Assembly (NCBI GenBank): GCA_040905425.1
Contig: JBBDRO010000079.1
Span: 7,757-23,348, forward strand
Source of the DNA: Gemmatimonadota bacterium
GTDB lineage: Bacteria > Gemmatimonadota > Gemmatimonadetes > Longimicrobiales > RSA9
DNA length: 15,592 nt
Direction: 5' to 3'
The notes beneath the pieces were generated by a model. It ran no database searches. It saw only the letters and a list, made by a program, of their open reading frames with translations, and had not been told where the DNA came from. The position numbers and the translations under genes are program-made. This document shows positions 14,737 to 15,592 of this stretch, piece after piece; the stretch's first letter is position 1; the number at the start of each line of letters is the position of its first letter.

Positions 14737-15592
14737 GTGCGCGCGATACCGACTTCCCTTGCCGTGGGCACCCTGCTCGCGGCCATGAGCCTGGCCGCCC
14801 CCGCGGCGGGCCAGCGCGAGCCCGTCCCCACGCGGCACGTGGTCCTCATCTCGGTGGACGGACTCCGTCCGGACGCCATCGCGGAGGCTGGTGCGCGCCA
14901 TATGACACGCCTGCAGGCGGAGGGCGCGTGGTCCCACACGGCCCGGACCATCATGCCCAGCAAGACCCTGCCCTCGCACACGTCCATGGTCACGGGTGTG
15001 GAGCCCGCCGTGCACGGCATCACCTGGAACTCGGATCGGACAGGCGAGACGGGCCCGGTGGGCGTGGCGACCATCTTCGAGCTGGCCCGTGAACGGGGGA
15101 TGACCACCGCCGGCTTCTTCGGCAAGGCCAAGTTCAACCACCTGGATCGGCCCGGCACGATAGATCACTTTCAGGCGCCACGCGGCTCGGACACCTGGGC
15201 GGCCACGCGCACGGTGGGTGACGTGGTCAACTACCTGCGCCACGAACGGCCGAACCTCCTGATGGTGCATATCGGCGAACCGGACTTCGCGGGCCATATT
15301 CTGGGGTGGGGCAGCATGGTCTACAACTGGGGGGTGCGCCGTGCGGACGGCGCGGTGGGCCGCATCCTGGAGGCGGCGGACGAGGCGTTCGGAGAGGGGG
15401 GCTACACGGTCATCCTGACGGCGGACCATGGGGGGCACGGGCGCTCGCACGGCAGCGATCACACGGATGAGACCACGATTCCGTGGATCGCCTGGGGCCA
15501 GGGCGTGCAGCCCGGCGCGCTGGCGGACGGCATCGTGACCACCGACACCGCCGCCACGATCCTGTGGCTGCTGGGTGTGCCCGCCCCGGAAG
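14737..15592 (+). CDS. Secreted alkaline-phosphatase-superfamily nucleotide pyrophosphatase/phosphodiesterase (3' truncated by the window; not in the ORF track)
   Basis: Hand translation gives MRAIPTSLAVGTLLAAMSLAAPAAG|QREPVPTRHVVLISVDGLRPD..SKTLPSHTSMVTG..HGI..HIGEPDFAGH..TADHGGH..H..IPW. AGGAG at 14725-14729 lies 7 nt before GTG 14737. No stop before the window end. Confidence 0.9.
   Translation, partial: MRAIPTSLAVGTLLAAMSLAAPAAGQREPVPTRHVVLISVDGLRPDAIAEAGARHMTRLQAEGAWSHTARTIMPSKTLPSHTSMVTGVEPAVHGITWNSDRTGETGPVGVATIFELARERGMTTAGFFGKAKFNHLDRPGTIDHFQAPRGSDTWAATRTVGDVVNYLRHERPNLLMVHIGEPDFAGHILGWGSMVYNWGVRRADGAVGRILEAADEAFGEGGYTVILTADHGGHGRSHGSDHTDETTIPWIAWGQGVQPGALADGIVTTDTAATILWLLGVPAPE

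Overview
High-GC bacterial DNA. Gene content and style suggest Gemmatimonadota, but this is a tentative inference. No mobile element, CRISPR array, rRNA or tRNA is seen. The left half is a nitrogen-assimilation locus: a PerR-type Fur regulator, then a type III and a type I glutamine synthetase transcribed divergently, then a convergent operon encoding a REC-ANTAR RNA-binding response regulator and a cytoplasmic HisKA_2 kinase whose only input module is a receiver domain. The best candidate for an undescribed system is the ~120-nt leader of the ANTAR gene. It holds an intrinsic terminator, two hexaloop hairpins (one overlapping the terminator), an alternative antiterminator fold and a 39-codon uORF with an SD. 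A similar ACGA-YR hexaloop sits in the GS III leader. The right half carries DacB/PBP4 fused to two LysM domains, an SH3-NlpC/P60 peptidase, a small hypothetical gene, an MscS-TM-like membrane protein, fabI, a stand-alone Lrp/AsnC ligand-binding domain, an EamA transporter, a nicotinate phosphoribosyltransferase-like gene, and a secreted nucleotide pyrophosphatase/phosphodiesterase that runs off the window and is absent from the ORF track.
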